From Paraspadella gotoi (Eukaryota; Animalia; Chaetognatha), in NCBI GenBank assembly GCA_051294375.1, contig CM119266.1:14674755-14738754 (forward strand): a DNA stretch of 64,000 nucleotides. Direction: 5' to 3'. The notes below the pieces were generated by a model, which saw nothing but the letters and a program-made list of their open reading frames with translations, did not search any database and was not told where the DNA came from. Positions 1 to 13,455 of this stretch are shown here, in pieces. Made by a program: the position numbers and the translations under genes. Numbering within the stretch: position 1 is the first letter of the stretch; each line of letters begins with the position of its first letter.

Positions 1-465
1 TTTTTTTTTTCTTTCGTCGGCGATAGAGACAAATAAAAGGAGGAGAGATGGGAAAAGAGAGTAGGCGGAGTGAGAGAGAGAGAGAGAGAACAAAGAAAAG
101 GAGAAAAAGGGGCGGATGAGTTTATAAAACAGAAAGACAGAGAGAGCCTAGGAGTGAGATTGAATTGAGTCCAACTCAGACCACTAATCAGGCGAAGTCT
201 CAATAATGAAGCCCGAAAACCTAAAAAAAAACCTAAAAAAAGAATTTTGCGTCATCGAAATAATTGCGGCGAACTTCTCCAATGTTTTTTTCGCTGAATA
301 AAAGAAAAAAACAGTGACGTGGAAGAGGGAAATTATAGGGGAAATAAATGAAGGGAATAATAAATGTGATGGTTTAATTCTCGTTAAATTGCTGAGCAAA
401 AATAAATGTAATAATTGAATAAAATCGACGCCAGGTTTTGTCGTCACCCGCGGTATCGTGAAAAA

Positions 466-543
<78 letters not shown>

Positions 544-727
544 AGAAGGAGAGAGAGAGATAAAGAGAAGAGAGAGGGGCAAATATTTGCCGATGAAGAC
601 GTTCGAGAGGCCACCTTTCGATGGCTTAACGTGAAAATCTCGGGGTTTTTGAAAAAAAAAAAAAGGAAACTAAAATGAAAGGAAAGAAAAATATGACAAA
701 AACAAACATTAGTCCGAATTATCGTTT

Positions 728-730
<3 letters not shown>

Positions 731-820
<90 letters not shown>
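731..820. repeat. (GA)n microsatellite, one of dozens in the window
   Basis: Perfect dinucleotide run. Similar runs at ~6184, 25105, 29847, 31690, 39505, 47650, 50440, 52378, 58071 and 59867. Confidence 0.98.
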
Positions 821-825
<5 letters not shown>

Positions 826-2038
826 AGATAGAAGCGAAATTTAAAGAGAAATTCTTAGCGACATAAAACACCAGAACAGAACATTTTCACATAAATACTT
901 TTCCTCGAGAAAACAAATTTAAAGAAAGTTTTACAAAAAAAAAGGATAAAGAATTTAAAGAGGGGGGGGGAAATTGGTAGAGAGGGAAGAAAAGAAAGTA
1001 GGAAGACGTGTTCTGTTTGGAGAAAATTTTTTTTGTTGCCAAATGCCAAATTGCGTAGTCGGTAACAACCGAAAGGGATATTCCGCTCTCATTGCCAGAC
1101 CGGGTTTTTTTTCTTCCTCCGAAATCCCATTAATCCTTTAATTTCCAACACAGAAGGTAGAAACATCCTTATACCAATTTATCTGTTACACATTGTATTC
1201 TTTTTCAAGAGAAAGAATTTGAACGAGGAACCCTAATTCATTTTAATTTAAAAAATAGTTTTATGGATATATACAAAGACGAAAACTCATTAAATAACAG
1301 TTTATATTGGAGTTGAGAATATTCTAGTGATTATTTTTAAAAAAATTAGTAAGCGAGACGCGTCGATTCGTTGTTTAAACTTTTCAATCATTTTTGCGAC
1401 TCAAAATATTTTTTTTTCTCTTCTAATAAAAAAAAGAAGTTTGCAACGATCCAATTTTTTTTTTCATCAGCAATTTCCGGTTCGTTATTTAATTCTGAAA
1501 AAAAAAGAGCTAAACCAACAAGAGTTATAAAATAAATTAAATATTTTTTTTCTCCTTTTCTTTTTTTCTAAATATTTTTCTGGCAACAGAGTAAATTAAA
1601 ACAAATGAGAAACGATCAAATCCGTCATTCAATATTAGCGATGAATGTTTTTTATCCGAGTTATTTATATGAAAGATTTGGGCGAAAGGAAGGGAAGGGG
1701 AAATAAAGTATAGAGAGACGAGAGAGAGAGAGAGAGAGACGAGAAGAGAGAGATAGAGAGGAGTAGAGAGAGAGAGCGAGACGATAGAGAGGAGAGATGG
1801 AGAAGAGAGAGAGAGAGAGACTCAACATTCTCGATCGATCGACAAATATCCCTAAACAAACTAAGAGTTAATAACTTCAATACGAAGAATCTGTAAGCAC
1901 TCTATTTTTAAAAAAAAAAAGATAAGAAGCATTTTAATCTCGCCAGTATAAACCCATTATGTTATTTAAAAAGTAATACGTTTCAAGTTGTCATTTTGAC
2001 ATCTCTAGACCATCTAAGATACGTAAAATAACTACAGT

Positions 2039-2150
2039 TGAGAAATGACATTTAGAGAGGAAATGACATTTCGGAGAGAAAATGACATGTTGAGAAATGA
2101 CATTCCGGAAAACTGACGTTCAGGGAAAATGAGTCTTTGAGAAATGGCAT
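2039..2150. repeat. Short degenerate array of GAAATGACAT motifs (about 7 copies, 15-20 bp period)
   Basis: Reads gagaaatgacatt / ggaaatgacatt / gaaaatgacatg / gagaaatgacatt / gaaaactgacgtt / gaaaatgagtc / gagaaatggcat in succession. Confidence 0.75.
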
Positions 2151-2689
2151 GGCGTGACATCTCCGCAATAGCGGAAGTCAGTATGGCCTTTGAATCTCTT
2201 ACCTGCAATTTCGTCGACGGCGAAGAGATGGCATGAACGGGAGAGAAAGAAGAAAACAAGAGGAGGGGGAAAAAGGGAAGGGAGACTTAGAGGGTGACGC
2301 GGATACAAGGATATATAAATACTATAATTCATTTTAAAATCCATTCTTTGGTCGAAATTGGGTTATGTACACGATTTTCGTCAAATTTTTGGCAACCCTA
2401 GTAGATCAATATTCTTACAACAAGAAGTCATTAAGCTGAACTTGTAAAAAAAAAAAGACTAAACTTAGTAATCTAAAGTAATCATGATCTTCTTCAATCT
2501 CATTTCATTTATTATTTATCTGCGTCGCCATTGCAAAAATTGACGTAATTTATGCTAAAATAGCGTGACCTTCTTTTGCCGACTTTAACCGTTCCAGGAA
2601 AGTATGCCTAGTATTATCCGCTCTCTTCCTTCTCTCTCTCCTCTCTCTTCTTCTCTCTCGTCTTCGTTCTCGTCTTCCTCTCTTCTCAT

Positions 2690-3636
2690 AGAAACTTCCA
2701 AATTATAAATTAGCAGGTGTCCGCTATATGCGTTCATAAGTCGGAAAAAATGCATAAACGTTGATTCACAATCATTCCGCCAAGATATCTCATGAGTTTT
2801 CTTCTACCAGAATTTGGAAACTTTGCAAAAAATGTCCATGAGCGCTTCCTAGTTGTACAGACTTTTTTAATTTTAGAAAACTTTATGGTGCAGTTTCCTT
2901 TAAATGATTGCATGAGACACTGGGTCAAACTCAGGTTTTGTAAAGCGCTAAAAATACAATTGAGACTTTGTTAAAAAGACATTAGATCTCTGGAGTTGCC
3001 ATCAAAAATTTTCAAATTTATTTCCTGATTTTAAATTAAATCCCAAATATTTCCACGCTCACTCTCTCTATAGGACATGAGTCAACTTGTAGTTGTTCAG
3101 ACCCAATACTTTTAAATAGTTCAACAAAATTTCATACATCTCTGATGAGTTTTTGACCAAACGGTCGTTTTTTCAAAATTTTCGTGGGCGCTCAATCGCG
3201 GAAAAACAGCGCCCCCCCAAAAAAAAGAACAAAGGACTTTACTATACGAAGGGGAGCGGAGAAGAGTCTAAAAATAGGTTAAATTAATGGGACCCAATAT
3301 TAAAGTACGTATATAATATATATAGTTACAGTATAACCAGTTAGTATTTTATATGCGTGTTTACAGCAGATTCTCTTGCATCGGTTGTTGATTGTTTACT
3401 CTAGATTCTGTAATTCTGTTCCATCTCCAACGCGCTGCTCCTTTAACCCGACCCCGAATCGCACCTCGTCCTACTTTCCTGACCTTTTATCAATCACTCA
3501 CCCTTTTTTTCTGCTTTCAACTTATTAAAACCTTTCCCTCTCCCCCTTTCTTTCTGTTTGGCTGCCTCGTCTCCACCCCCGTTTCTATTCATAGCGGCAA
3601 AAATCCATTAACTTTTTTTTGTGAGCTTTTCTGCCT
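2690..3636 (+). repeat. Divergent (indel-rich) copy of segment A, also at ~3689-4590 and ~7112-8013
   Basis: Shared anchors in the same order: aacgttgattca, cttctaccagaattt, gtaaagcgctaaaaatacaatt, ggggagcggagaagagtctaaaa, gtgagcttttctgcct. Differences are mostly 1-2 bp indels. Confidence 0.9.
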
Positions 3637-4753
3637 CTCTCTGTCTCTTACTGCCTCCTCTCCTCTCTCATCTCCTCTCCATTCACAATTTCCAATATAA
3701 ATTCAGGGTCTAATAAATGGCTCAATCGGAAAAATGACATAACGTTGATTCAAAAACTCATTCCGCCAAAGAATCTCATTGAAAGTTCTCTTCTACCAGA
3801 ATTTGACTTGCAATAAATACCAATAGAGCGCTTTCCTAAATGATTTGCATTAGAACATGCAAATCAGGTTTGTAAAGCGCTAAAAATACAATTTGAGGAC
3901 CTTGGTTTATATAAGACACTTATCTGGAGTTGCATCAAATTCAAATTTATTTCTGATTTTACAATTAATCCCAATATTCCACGCCTACTCTTCACTACTT
4001 ATGGACATCCCATCAACTTGTAGTCTGTTCAGACCGCAATAGTAAATAGTTCAAGCAAAATTTCATACATCTCTGAGAGTTTTTGACAAACGGTCGTTTT
4101 TTCGGAAAATTTTCGTGCGGCCGCTCAATCGCGACAACAGAGCCCCCCCCAAAAAAAGAACAAAGGACTTTTACTATACGAAGGGGAGCGGAGAAGAGTC
4201 TAAAATAGGCCTAAATTAATGGGACCATATTAAAGTACGTTATAATATCATATAGTTACAGTATAACCAAGTTAGTATTTTATATGCCGTGTTTATACAA
4301 GCAGCGATCTCTTGCATTCGTTGCTTGATGTTTACTCTAGATTCTGTAAATTTCTTGTATCCATACTCCAACGCGCTGCTCCTACTTACACAGCCGCACC
4401 CGAATCGCACCTCGTCCTACTTCCTGAACCTTTACTCAATCACCATGCACCCTTTGTTTTTATGCCTTTCAAACTTATTAAAACCTTTCCCTCCTCATCC
4501 CCTTTCTTTCTGTTTGCTGCCTCGTCTCCACCCCCGTTTCTATTCAATAGCGGCAAAACCATTAACTTTTTTTGTGAGCTTTTTCTGCCTTTTTTTTTTG
4601 CCAATCGGTTATTCCATTCGCCCTTTGACTTTTTTTTTTTGGTTCAGCCATAATGTTGTACATTTTAAGATTGAATATAATCTTATCTTATCTAAGTCAG
4701 ACTGTCTTCCATCTTGTCTGTCTCGTTAACTCTCTCCTGTCTCTGTCTCTGTC

Positions 4754-4792
<39 letters not shown>

Positions 4793-4869
4793 TTCTCTTC
4801 ATGCCTCGCTTCTCTCTCGTCTCTCTCTCCTCACGATTCCATTGGAACTCTATCCTCCCTAAACAAACT
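3637..4869 (+). repeat. Apparently exact direct duplicate of 7060-8292 (offset 3423 bp)
   Basis: Identical by eye. The ORF track gives identical translations at 4289-4729/7712-8152, 4312-4653/7735-8076 and 4653-4862/8076-8285. Confidence 0.95.
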
Positions 4870-4894
4870 NNNNNNNNNNNNNNNNNNNNNNNNN
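4870..4894. other. Assembly gap of 25 N; further 25-N gaps at 14253-14277, 20732-20756 and 24324-24348
   Basis: N runs counted directly. 10-N gaps at 22224, 43553, 59026 and 62269; sized gaps at 36366-36579 and 55735-55866, both next to (GA)n. Confidence 0.98.
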
Positions 4895-5732
4895 CTCCCC
4901 CTTCTCATTCTCTCTCTCTTTCTCTCGTCTCTCGGCTCCGATATAAAATGTAAGAATTTATCGTCGGGATAAATCAGGCGTCCTGCCCCTTAAAAATCAG
5001 GCGTCCTGCTCCCGCGCCCTTAAAAACGTCCCTCGGATAGTTTACGGTCCAAAAACCTGCGCGGAGTAATTTCTACGTTTTCCATTCACGGACGAAATGG
5101 CCGCTTTGTACAGTTTAAAAAAAAACAACCGATATTTATTTTCCGTAATTGTCAAAAATATTGATTTATTTTAATTATTTCGTTCGTTCGATGTAGATTT
5201 TGGTGTATTAATTGCATTAACACCTGAAGCCACCCAAGGGGCGATTCCGTTCATACAGCAGAGCAAGGGAATAGGGAGGGCAAGAGTCCGTCGGTGTGAC
5301 TGTTTAACAGCCTCCACTTTTTCTCTGGTTTGTAATGTGTCCGTACTGATCTAACGAATGTTTAAACTCTGTCTGTATGTCTCCCTGTTTGTTCGTCCTC
5401 GTACGTAGCGTACGTCTGCGTGCGAGTGAGAGAGCGATGCTTTTTTTTCGCCGACGAAGCAAAAAGCAGAAAAGGCGGGATGAAAAAAAAAAGGAGAATA
5501 AAAATTGTTGTGTTTAATGCGTTTTTGCATGAATGGCTCACAGGCGCAAACGCCCATAATAAAAACAAATACGGAGGAACAGACTGTCATTTATTTATTT
5601 ATTTTTCCTGGGTCGTAATAATTTACGGCTTCTCCCTTCGATGCTTCTATATGTATACGGAGAAAATTAATTTTTTTCCTCTATGAAATAAAACTTTTTT
5701 AAATATATATATTTTTAAATTATTTTCTTCCT

Positions 5733-5825
<93 letters not shown>

Positions 5826-6179
5826 TTTTTTTCGCTTCGAGCTTCATCGATTCACCTGGCCCGCTCTATTTTTTATTATCGTGTCGTTTTTTACATTTAA
5901 AAAAATATTGTATTTATCCTTTTTTATTACTCTTTTTTCCCCTCTTTTTCTTTCCCACTAGGTTTTTTTCCCTTCTCTCTCTTCTGATTCGAACGAAGTG
6001 ACTCGATTTTTCAAGTGATTGACTTTTGCAGTGAATCAAATCAAATCCCAGTTTTTTTTTCTCTCTCTCGTTGATTTTCCAGAGTCGACAGATCAACACT
6101 GAAGTCTGAAGAGAAAGAAGCAACTCGTTGAATCGAGAACGAAATAAGTACAAGTCCACCTCAACAACCAAACCATGTT

Positions 6180-6268
<89 letters not shown>

Positions 6269-7059
6269 CCCCCCTCCCCTCCGCTGCCTCCTCTCTTTTA
6301 GTATTCCCTTGTTCCTTTTCACAATCCCATTTCCTCTTTGTCCATCTTCGTTTACGCAAAATGGATTTTCACGCAAATGGACTGGAATAACGTCGATTCT
6401 TTTCTCTCTTTTCTTTTTTATCTTTCTTTCTTTTTTTTTCCTCCCTACTTTTCACTCTTCTTTCTCTCGGCGTTTTCTTTTTTTTTCCCCTCCTTCTCTC
6501 CTCGTTCGTCCGTTGGCTTCTATTTTTAACTTCTCCGTTGATGGTTTCGTAATTTTTATTGTAAGTCGAACTCGTTTACTCCGTTTAGCGGGAGAATTTC
6601 TCGCTATAATGAGTTCTTCTTTTTCTTTTTCTTCTTCGTCGTCGTCGTCGTCCTGTTAGTCGTATTCATTGTTGTCGATGCAAATAAAGTCAGAAGCCCA
6701 TTTGAATACTTTTTTTTTGTTGCTTTATAATTCATCCTTGACATTCGCACGACATTGTCGTCGTCGTCATTGACGTCGTCGTCTTCGTTCTCGACTCAAT
6801 CATCGTTTTTTGTCGTCATCGTCGGCTGTTTCGTCGTCGTCGTCATCGTCATCGTCGTCGTCGTCGTCTTCGTTTCGGTGAAATGGTTGGGCAAACGGGG
6901 AAACTTTGATGGATAATGGATGAGTAAATGGAAAGAGAGAACGCGAAGCCGGAAATTAAAGAAAATAAAAGTCGAGAAAAATTGGGTGGCGGAGAATTTT
7001 GGCAAAATAGTATTTAAAAAGGGTGACATCGAGGTTGGGTGCATTCGGGGAGGGAGTAA
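4895..7059 (+). repeat. Segment C, duplicated with many small indels at 8293-10537; its 3' part recurs at ~17425-18295 and inverted at ~14590-15472
   Basis: Colinear anchors such as aaaaacctgcgcggagtaa, catacagcagagcaagggaatagggaggg, aagtacaagtccacctcaacaacc and aattgggtggcggagaattttggc. Confidence 0.9.
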
Positions 7060-8176
7060 CTCTCTGTCTCTTACTGCCTCCTCTCCTCTCTCATCTCCTC
7101 TCCATTCACAATTTCCAATATAAATTCAGGGTCTAATAAATGGCTCAATCGGAAAAATGACATAACGTTGATTCAAAAACTCATTCCGCCAAAGAATCTC
7201 ATTGAAAGTTCTCTTCTACCAGAATTTGACTTGCAATAAATACCAATAGAGCGCTTTCCTAAATGATTTGCATTAGAACATGCAAATCAGGTTTGTAAAG
7301 CGCTAAAAATACAATTTGAGGACCTTGGTTTATATAAGACACTTATCTGGAGTTGCATCAAATTCAAATTTATTTCTGATTTTACAATTAATCCCAATAT
7401 TCCACGCCTACTCTTCACTACTTATGGACATCCCATCAACTTGTAGTCTGTTCAGACCGCAATAGTAAATAGTTCAAGCAAAATTTCATACATCTCTGAG
7501 AGTTTTTGACAAACGGTCGTTTTTTCGGAAAATTTTCGTGCGGCCGCTCAATCGCGACAACAGAGCCCCCCCCAAAAAAAGAACAAAGGACTTTTACTAT
7601 ACGAAGGGGAGCGGAGAAGAGTCTAAAATAGGCCTAAATTAATGGGACCATATTAAAGTACGTTATAATATCATATAGTTACAGTATAACCAAGTTAGTA
7701 TTTTATATGCCGTGTTTATACAAGCAGCGATCTCTTGCATTCGTTGCTTGATGTTTACTCTAGATTCTGTAAATTTCTTGTATCCATACTCCAACGCGCT
7801 GCTCCTACTTACACAGCCGCACCCGAATCGCACCTCGTCCTACTTCCTGAACCTTTACTCAATCACCATGCACCCTTTGTTTTTATGCCTTTCAAACTTA
7901 TTAAAACCTTTCCCTCCTCATCCCCTTTCTTTCTGTTTGCTGCCTCGTCTCCACCCCCGTTTCTATTCAATAGCGGCAAAACCATTAACTTTTTTTGTGA
8001 GCTTTTTCTGCCTTTTTTTTTTGCCAATCGGTTATTCCATTCGCCCTTTGACTTTTTTTTTTTGGTTCAGCCATAATGTTGTACATTTTAAGATTGAATA
8101 TAATCTTATCTTATCTAAGTCAGACTGTCTTCCATCTTGTCTGTCTCGTTAACTCTCTCCTGTCTCTGTCTCTGTC

Positions 8177-8215
<39 letters not shown>

Positions 8216-9170
8216 TTCTCTTCATGCCTCGCTTCTCTCTCGTCTCTCTCTCCTCACGATTCCATTGGAACTCTATCCTCCCTAAACAAACTCTCCCCTT
8301 CTCATTCTCTCTCTCTTTCTCTCGTCTCTCGCGTCCGAGATATAAAATGTAAGAATTATCGGTCGGATAAATCAGGCCGTCACCTGCCCCTTAAAATCAG
8401 CGTCCTGCTCCCGCGCCTTAAAAACGTCCCTCGGATAGTTTAACGGGTCCAAAAACCTGCGCGGAGTAAATTTCTCTACGTCTTTCCCATTCACGGACGA
8501 AAATGGCCGCTTTGTAACAGTGTTAAAAAAAAACAACCGATATTATTTTCCGTAATTGTCAAAAAATTGATTTATTTTAAATCTATTCCTTCGTTCGTTC
8601 GATGTAGAAGCTTTGGTTATTAATTGCATCTAACACTGAACCACCCAAGGGGCGGATCCGTTCATACAGCAGAGCAAGGGAATAGGGAGGGCAGAGTCGT
8701 CGGTGTGAACTGTTTAAACAGCACTCCACTTTTTCTCCTGTTTGTAATGTGTCCGTACTGAATCTAACGAAATGTTTAAACTCTGTCTGTATGTCCTCCC
8801 CGTTGTGTTCGCCTCGTACGTAGCGTTACGTCTGCGTGCGAGTAGGAGAGCGATGCTTTTTTTTTTTCGCCGACGAACAAAAGCCAGAAAGGCGGGATGA
8901 AAAAAAAAAGGAGAATAAAAATTGTTTGTGTTTAATCGTTTTTGCATGAATGGTCACAAGGCGCAACGCCATAATAAAAACAAATACGAGGAACAGACTG
9001 TCATTTATTTATTTAATTTTTCTGCGGTCGTAATAATTTACGGCTTCTCTCGTTGATTTTATATGTATACGGAGAAAATTAATTTTTTCCTCTATGAAAC
9101 TAAAACTTTTACAATATTATATTTTTAAATTATTTTTTCCTTCCTTATTCCTCTCTCTCTCTCTCTCATC

Positions 9171-9227
<57 letters not shown>

Positions 9228-10554
9228 CTCTCTTTTTTTCGCTTCGCCTTCATGCGATCACCTGACCGCTCTAAATTTTTTAATTACTCGTGTCGTTTTT
9301 ACATTTAAAAAAATATTTGTATTTAATCCTTTTTTTTATTACTCTTGTTTTCCCCGCCTCGTTTTCCTTTCCCCACTAGGTCTTTTTTCCCTTCTCTCTC
9401 TTCTGATTCGAACGAAAGTGACTCGATTTTTCAAAGTGATTGACTTTTGCAGTGAATAAAATCAAATCCCTAGTTTTTTTTTCTCTCTCTGTTGATTTTC
9501 CAGAGTCGACAGATCAACACTGAAGTCTGAAAGAAAGAAAGCAACTCGTTGAATCGAGAACGAAATAAGTACAAGTCCACCTCAACAACCAAACATGTTA
9601 ATTCCTCTCCTCTTCATCTCTCTTCTCTCTCGCTCATCTCTCTCTCTCTCGTCTCTCTCCTCTCTCTCATCTCTCTCTCGCTCTCCGTCTCTCATCTCTT
9701 TCTCTCTCTCTCTCTCGGCTCCCCCCTCCCCTCCCTGCCTCCTCTCTTTTAGTATTTCCCGTTGTTCCTTTTCACAATCCATTTCCTCTTGTCATCTTCG
9801 TTTAACGCAAAATGATTTTCAAACTAGCAAACTGGAACTGGAATAACGTCGATTTCTTTCTCTCTTTTCTTTTTATCCTTTCCTTTCTTTTTTTTTCCCT
9901 CCCTACTTTTCACTCTTCTTTTCTCTCGCGCGTTTTCTCTTTTTTTTCTCCCCTCCTTGCCTCTCCTCGTTCGTCGTTGGCTTCTAATTTTAACTTCTCC
10001 GTTGATGGTTTCGTAATTTTATTGTAAGTCGAACTCGTTTACCCTCCGTTTTAGCGGGAAGATTTTCTCGCTATAAATGAGTTCTTCTTTCTTCCTTTTC
10101 TTCTTCGCTTATCTCGTCTGTTAGTCGTATTCATTGTGTCGATGCAAATAAAGTCAGAAGCCATTTGAATACTTTTTTTTTGGTTGGCTTTTTATAAATC
10201 ATCCTTGACATTCGCACGACATTGTTCGTCGTCGTCATTGACGTCGTCGTCTTCGTTCTCGACTCAAATCAATGCGTTTTTGGTCGTCCCATCGTCGGCT
10301 TTTCGTCGTCGTCTGTCATCGTCATCGTCGTCGTCGTCGCTTCGTTTCGGTGAAATGGTATGGCAAACGGGGAAACTTTATTGATGGATAATGGATGAGT
10401 AAATGAAAGAGAAACGCGAGCCGGACAATTAAAAGAAAATAAAAGTCGAGAAAAATTGGGTGGCGGAGAATTTTGGCAAAAATAAGTATTAAAAAGGGTG
10501 ACATCGCGAGTTGGGTGAATTCCGGGGAGGGAGTAAAAGCGGACAAAAGGTTGG

Positions 10555-10862
10555 GGGAAGCCTGGGCGAAGCTGGGGTAACGGCTGGGGGTAGATGGCGA
10601 AGGCTGGGGTAAAGGCGAAGGCTGGGGGTAAGGCTGGCGGTAGCGAAGGCGGAAGGCGAAGGGGGTAAGGCTGGGGTGAGGCGAAGGCTGGGGTAAGGCT
10701 GGGGTAAGGCGACGCTGGGGTAAGGCGTAGGGATGAAGGCTGGGTGTGAAGGCGAAGGCTGGGGTAAGGGGGAGGGCTGGGGTAAGGCGTACGAAGGCTG
10801 GGGGTGAAGGCAGATGGGGTAAGGCGGAAGGCAGTGGGTAAGGCTGGGGTAAAGGCGAAGGA
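10555..10862 (+). repeat. G-rich minisatellite of AAGGCTGGGGT (11 bp) interspersed with AAGGCG (6 bp)
   Basis: Repeats seen directly. Same array on + at ~18316-18570 and as the reverse complement (ccttaccccagccttcg) at ~13330-13455, 13970-14235 and 14296-14575. Confidence 0.9.
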
Positions 10863-10875
10863 AACGACAGAACCG

Positions 10876-12821
10876 AACCGGAGATTACGACTCAGTTTTC
10901 CGATGAATTTTTTCGGCCAGACGAAGAACTTTTTAGGTAAAATCGAAAAGACAGAAACCTGGAGCGAAGCGTTAATCTAGCAATCAAAAAATACAGTACA
11001 AACATAATATTAGTACATAAATTCGTAATAAGTTAATAATTGGAAATCTTAAATACTACTATAAAAAAAAAAACCCTTTCGAATAAACGGCCTAAAAAAA
11101 GAGAGAGAAAAAAGTCGAAACTGGAGGAGAACACAAGAAACTGGGAGCGACTGAGTCCCGCGCCACGATGAGGAGGAGGGGGAGGTAAAGAAGTAAGCGA
11201 AGAACAGAGAGGAAAGGAAAAGGAGGAAAGGAAAAGGAGAAAAGATGGGACGAACAAAGGAGTTCTGATAAGCGAAGAAATTTGAATAATCGCCTTCTAC
11301 GCTCCAAGCCCCGTTCATCAAAGGATCGCGGGGCGAGAAAAGGCTGGGTGGGTTGTTTGGTTCCTGGTTTTTTGAGGGTAAGGTTTGGGCGGTGATGAAG
11401 GTGAGTGATAAGGTTGGTGGCGTTCCGGTAAATAAGATTCGGGGGCCGGGGAAAGAGTTAGGGAGTTCAGCGAACCGGGTACCACGGAACGAAAACTTGT
11501 TGAGACCCCATCGGCGCTCACCGCCGTCTTTTGCCAAAACGGGTGAGTGACGTCGAGGGTGAGAAAAGATCGGGTAACTCGCCGACGTCGAACGAACAAC
11601 AGACGAAAACTTGAGAAGTGAAGTCGATAACGAAGGATGAATGATGACAGAAGAAAGAAAAGAAAGAAACGAAGATTAAACGAAAGAATGAATGACAAAA
11701 GGAAGAAAAGAAAGAAGAAAGATTGAAACGAAAGATGATGACAAGGAAGAAAAGAAAGAACGAAAGATGAACGAAAGATGATGACAAAAGGAAGAAAAGA
11801 GAGAACGAAATATGAACGAAAGATGATGACAAAAGGAAAAAAGAGAAGCGAAAGTTTACGAAGAGATGACTGACAAAGGATAGAAAAGAAAGAAACGAAG
11901 ATGAACGAAAAGATGATGACAAATGAACGAAGGCTAGCTAAGTAAGAGACGTAGTACTAATAGGGAAAAAAGAAACGTAGTTCGTCTATGAAATTATTTA
12001 TGAAATTGAAATTTTTATGATGATTGAAACCAATTTGCATACAGCAAAATGCGCTCTTATGTCAATAATTAAAACTTAGAAAAAAATAATTAATGGAATA
12101 AAATAAAAAGTAATTGAGGTCGAAGGTCAAACTAATGAAAGCCGAGGAATGTGAAATTATCACATGAATTCACATTGAGCTCGGATAAGTAATATATAAG
12201 TCCGCAAGCGACTTCGAGGAAAAGTGAAGCTGTTTTACGCTTCGTCGAAACCAAATCAGCCATGACGACGGAAAATGTGTCTTCTGTCACTTTGACGCTT
12301 CCGGACTGTATACAACCTTGTGCCAACATCATTAGCTTTAAGACACAAACTTTAACGTAAGTTAAAGACGATCAAAATAATGCTTAATATTATCTATGTT
12401 TATATCGACAATGTCCGGGAAAATGCAAAACAAACAAACTAAAGGCGAGAGTCGGAATGTCCGCTTTCGACAAAAAAGACTAGACGACATTTTCTACTCC
12501 CTTTACTCCGAAAGCAAACGCCACCACCCTCTACCGTATGCAAATGAGATTCAAGGTTATGGTTTTGGTAAATGAGCCGCTATAAGCGAGTGATGCATGG
12601 TCTTCTCTCTCTTCTCTCTCTCTCGTCTCTCTCCTCGTCTCTCTCTCTCGTCTCTCTCCTCTCTCTATCTCATCTCTCTCTCTTTCTCGCGGCACCCTCT
12701 CTTTATGTTGGGTCGGCGAGAGAAAGCAGTTGGTGTCATAATGATTAATGAACAAAATCGTGGCAACAGCCCCCGAAAAAAAAAAGAAAAAAGAAAAAAA
12801 TGAGAGAAAAAGAAAAACTGC
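10876..12821 (+). repeat. Segment E, direct copies at ~15473-17327 and ~18586-20506
   Basis: Colinear anchors: aaccggagattacgactcag, gggagcgactgagtcccgcgccacgatgagg, catgaattcacattgagctc, gcgagtgatgcatggtc, gagaaaaagaaaaactgc. Confidence 0.9.
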
Positions 12822-13134
12822 CGGTCGGATGTGCCTGGGCTACCTGTTGTGCGGGTCTGGGTTCATGGGGAGGGGTGAGGGGTAGATAGCCGAGGGGTGT
12901 CGCGTGACCGTGCCGGGTTGGTCGGTGTTGGGATGGTCGGCTCGCGCGTCGTGGTTGGCGGAGGAGGCGGCGCATTTAGGGAGACGTGTACCACTGGAGA
13001 TCTTTGTCGCCGGGGCGGATTGTAGTGCAACGGCCGCGCAAGGTATAGGGTTGCCGTGACACGACGCTGCGTTCGTTGTGGCCTGGCAAGGCTGGGGGCC
13101 GCGGTGGCTGTGGGCAGATAGCGCGGTGCTAATA

Positions 13135-13455
13135 GTAGTATTTTTAAGATTCCAATTATTACTATTACGAATTTATGGTACTAATATTATGTTGTATGTA
13201 TTTTTGATTGTAGATAACACGCTTCGCATCCAGGTTCTGTCTTCGATTTAGCCTGAAAACGTTCTCGTCTGCCGAAAAAATTCATCGGAAAACTGAGTCG
13301 TAATCTGCCGGTTCGGTTCTGTCGTCTTCTTCGCCTTACCCCAGCGCTTACCCCAGCCTTCGCCTATACCCCACCATTGGTACCCCAGCCCTTAGCGCCT
13401 TACCCCAGCCTTAACCCCGAGCCTTCTCGCCACCCACCTTACACCCAGCCTTCGC
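13135..13455 (-). repeat. Inverted copy of ~10750-11060
   Basis: gtagtatttttaagattccaattatt ... catcggaaaactgagtcgtaatc ... ggttcggttctgtcg is the reverse complement of the D/E junction. Confidence 0.85.
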
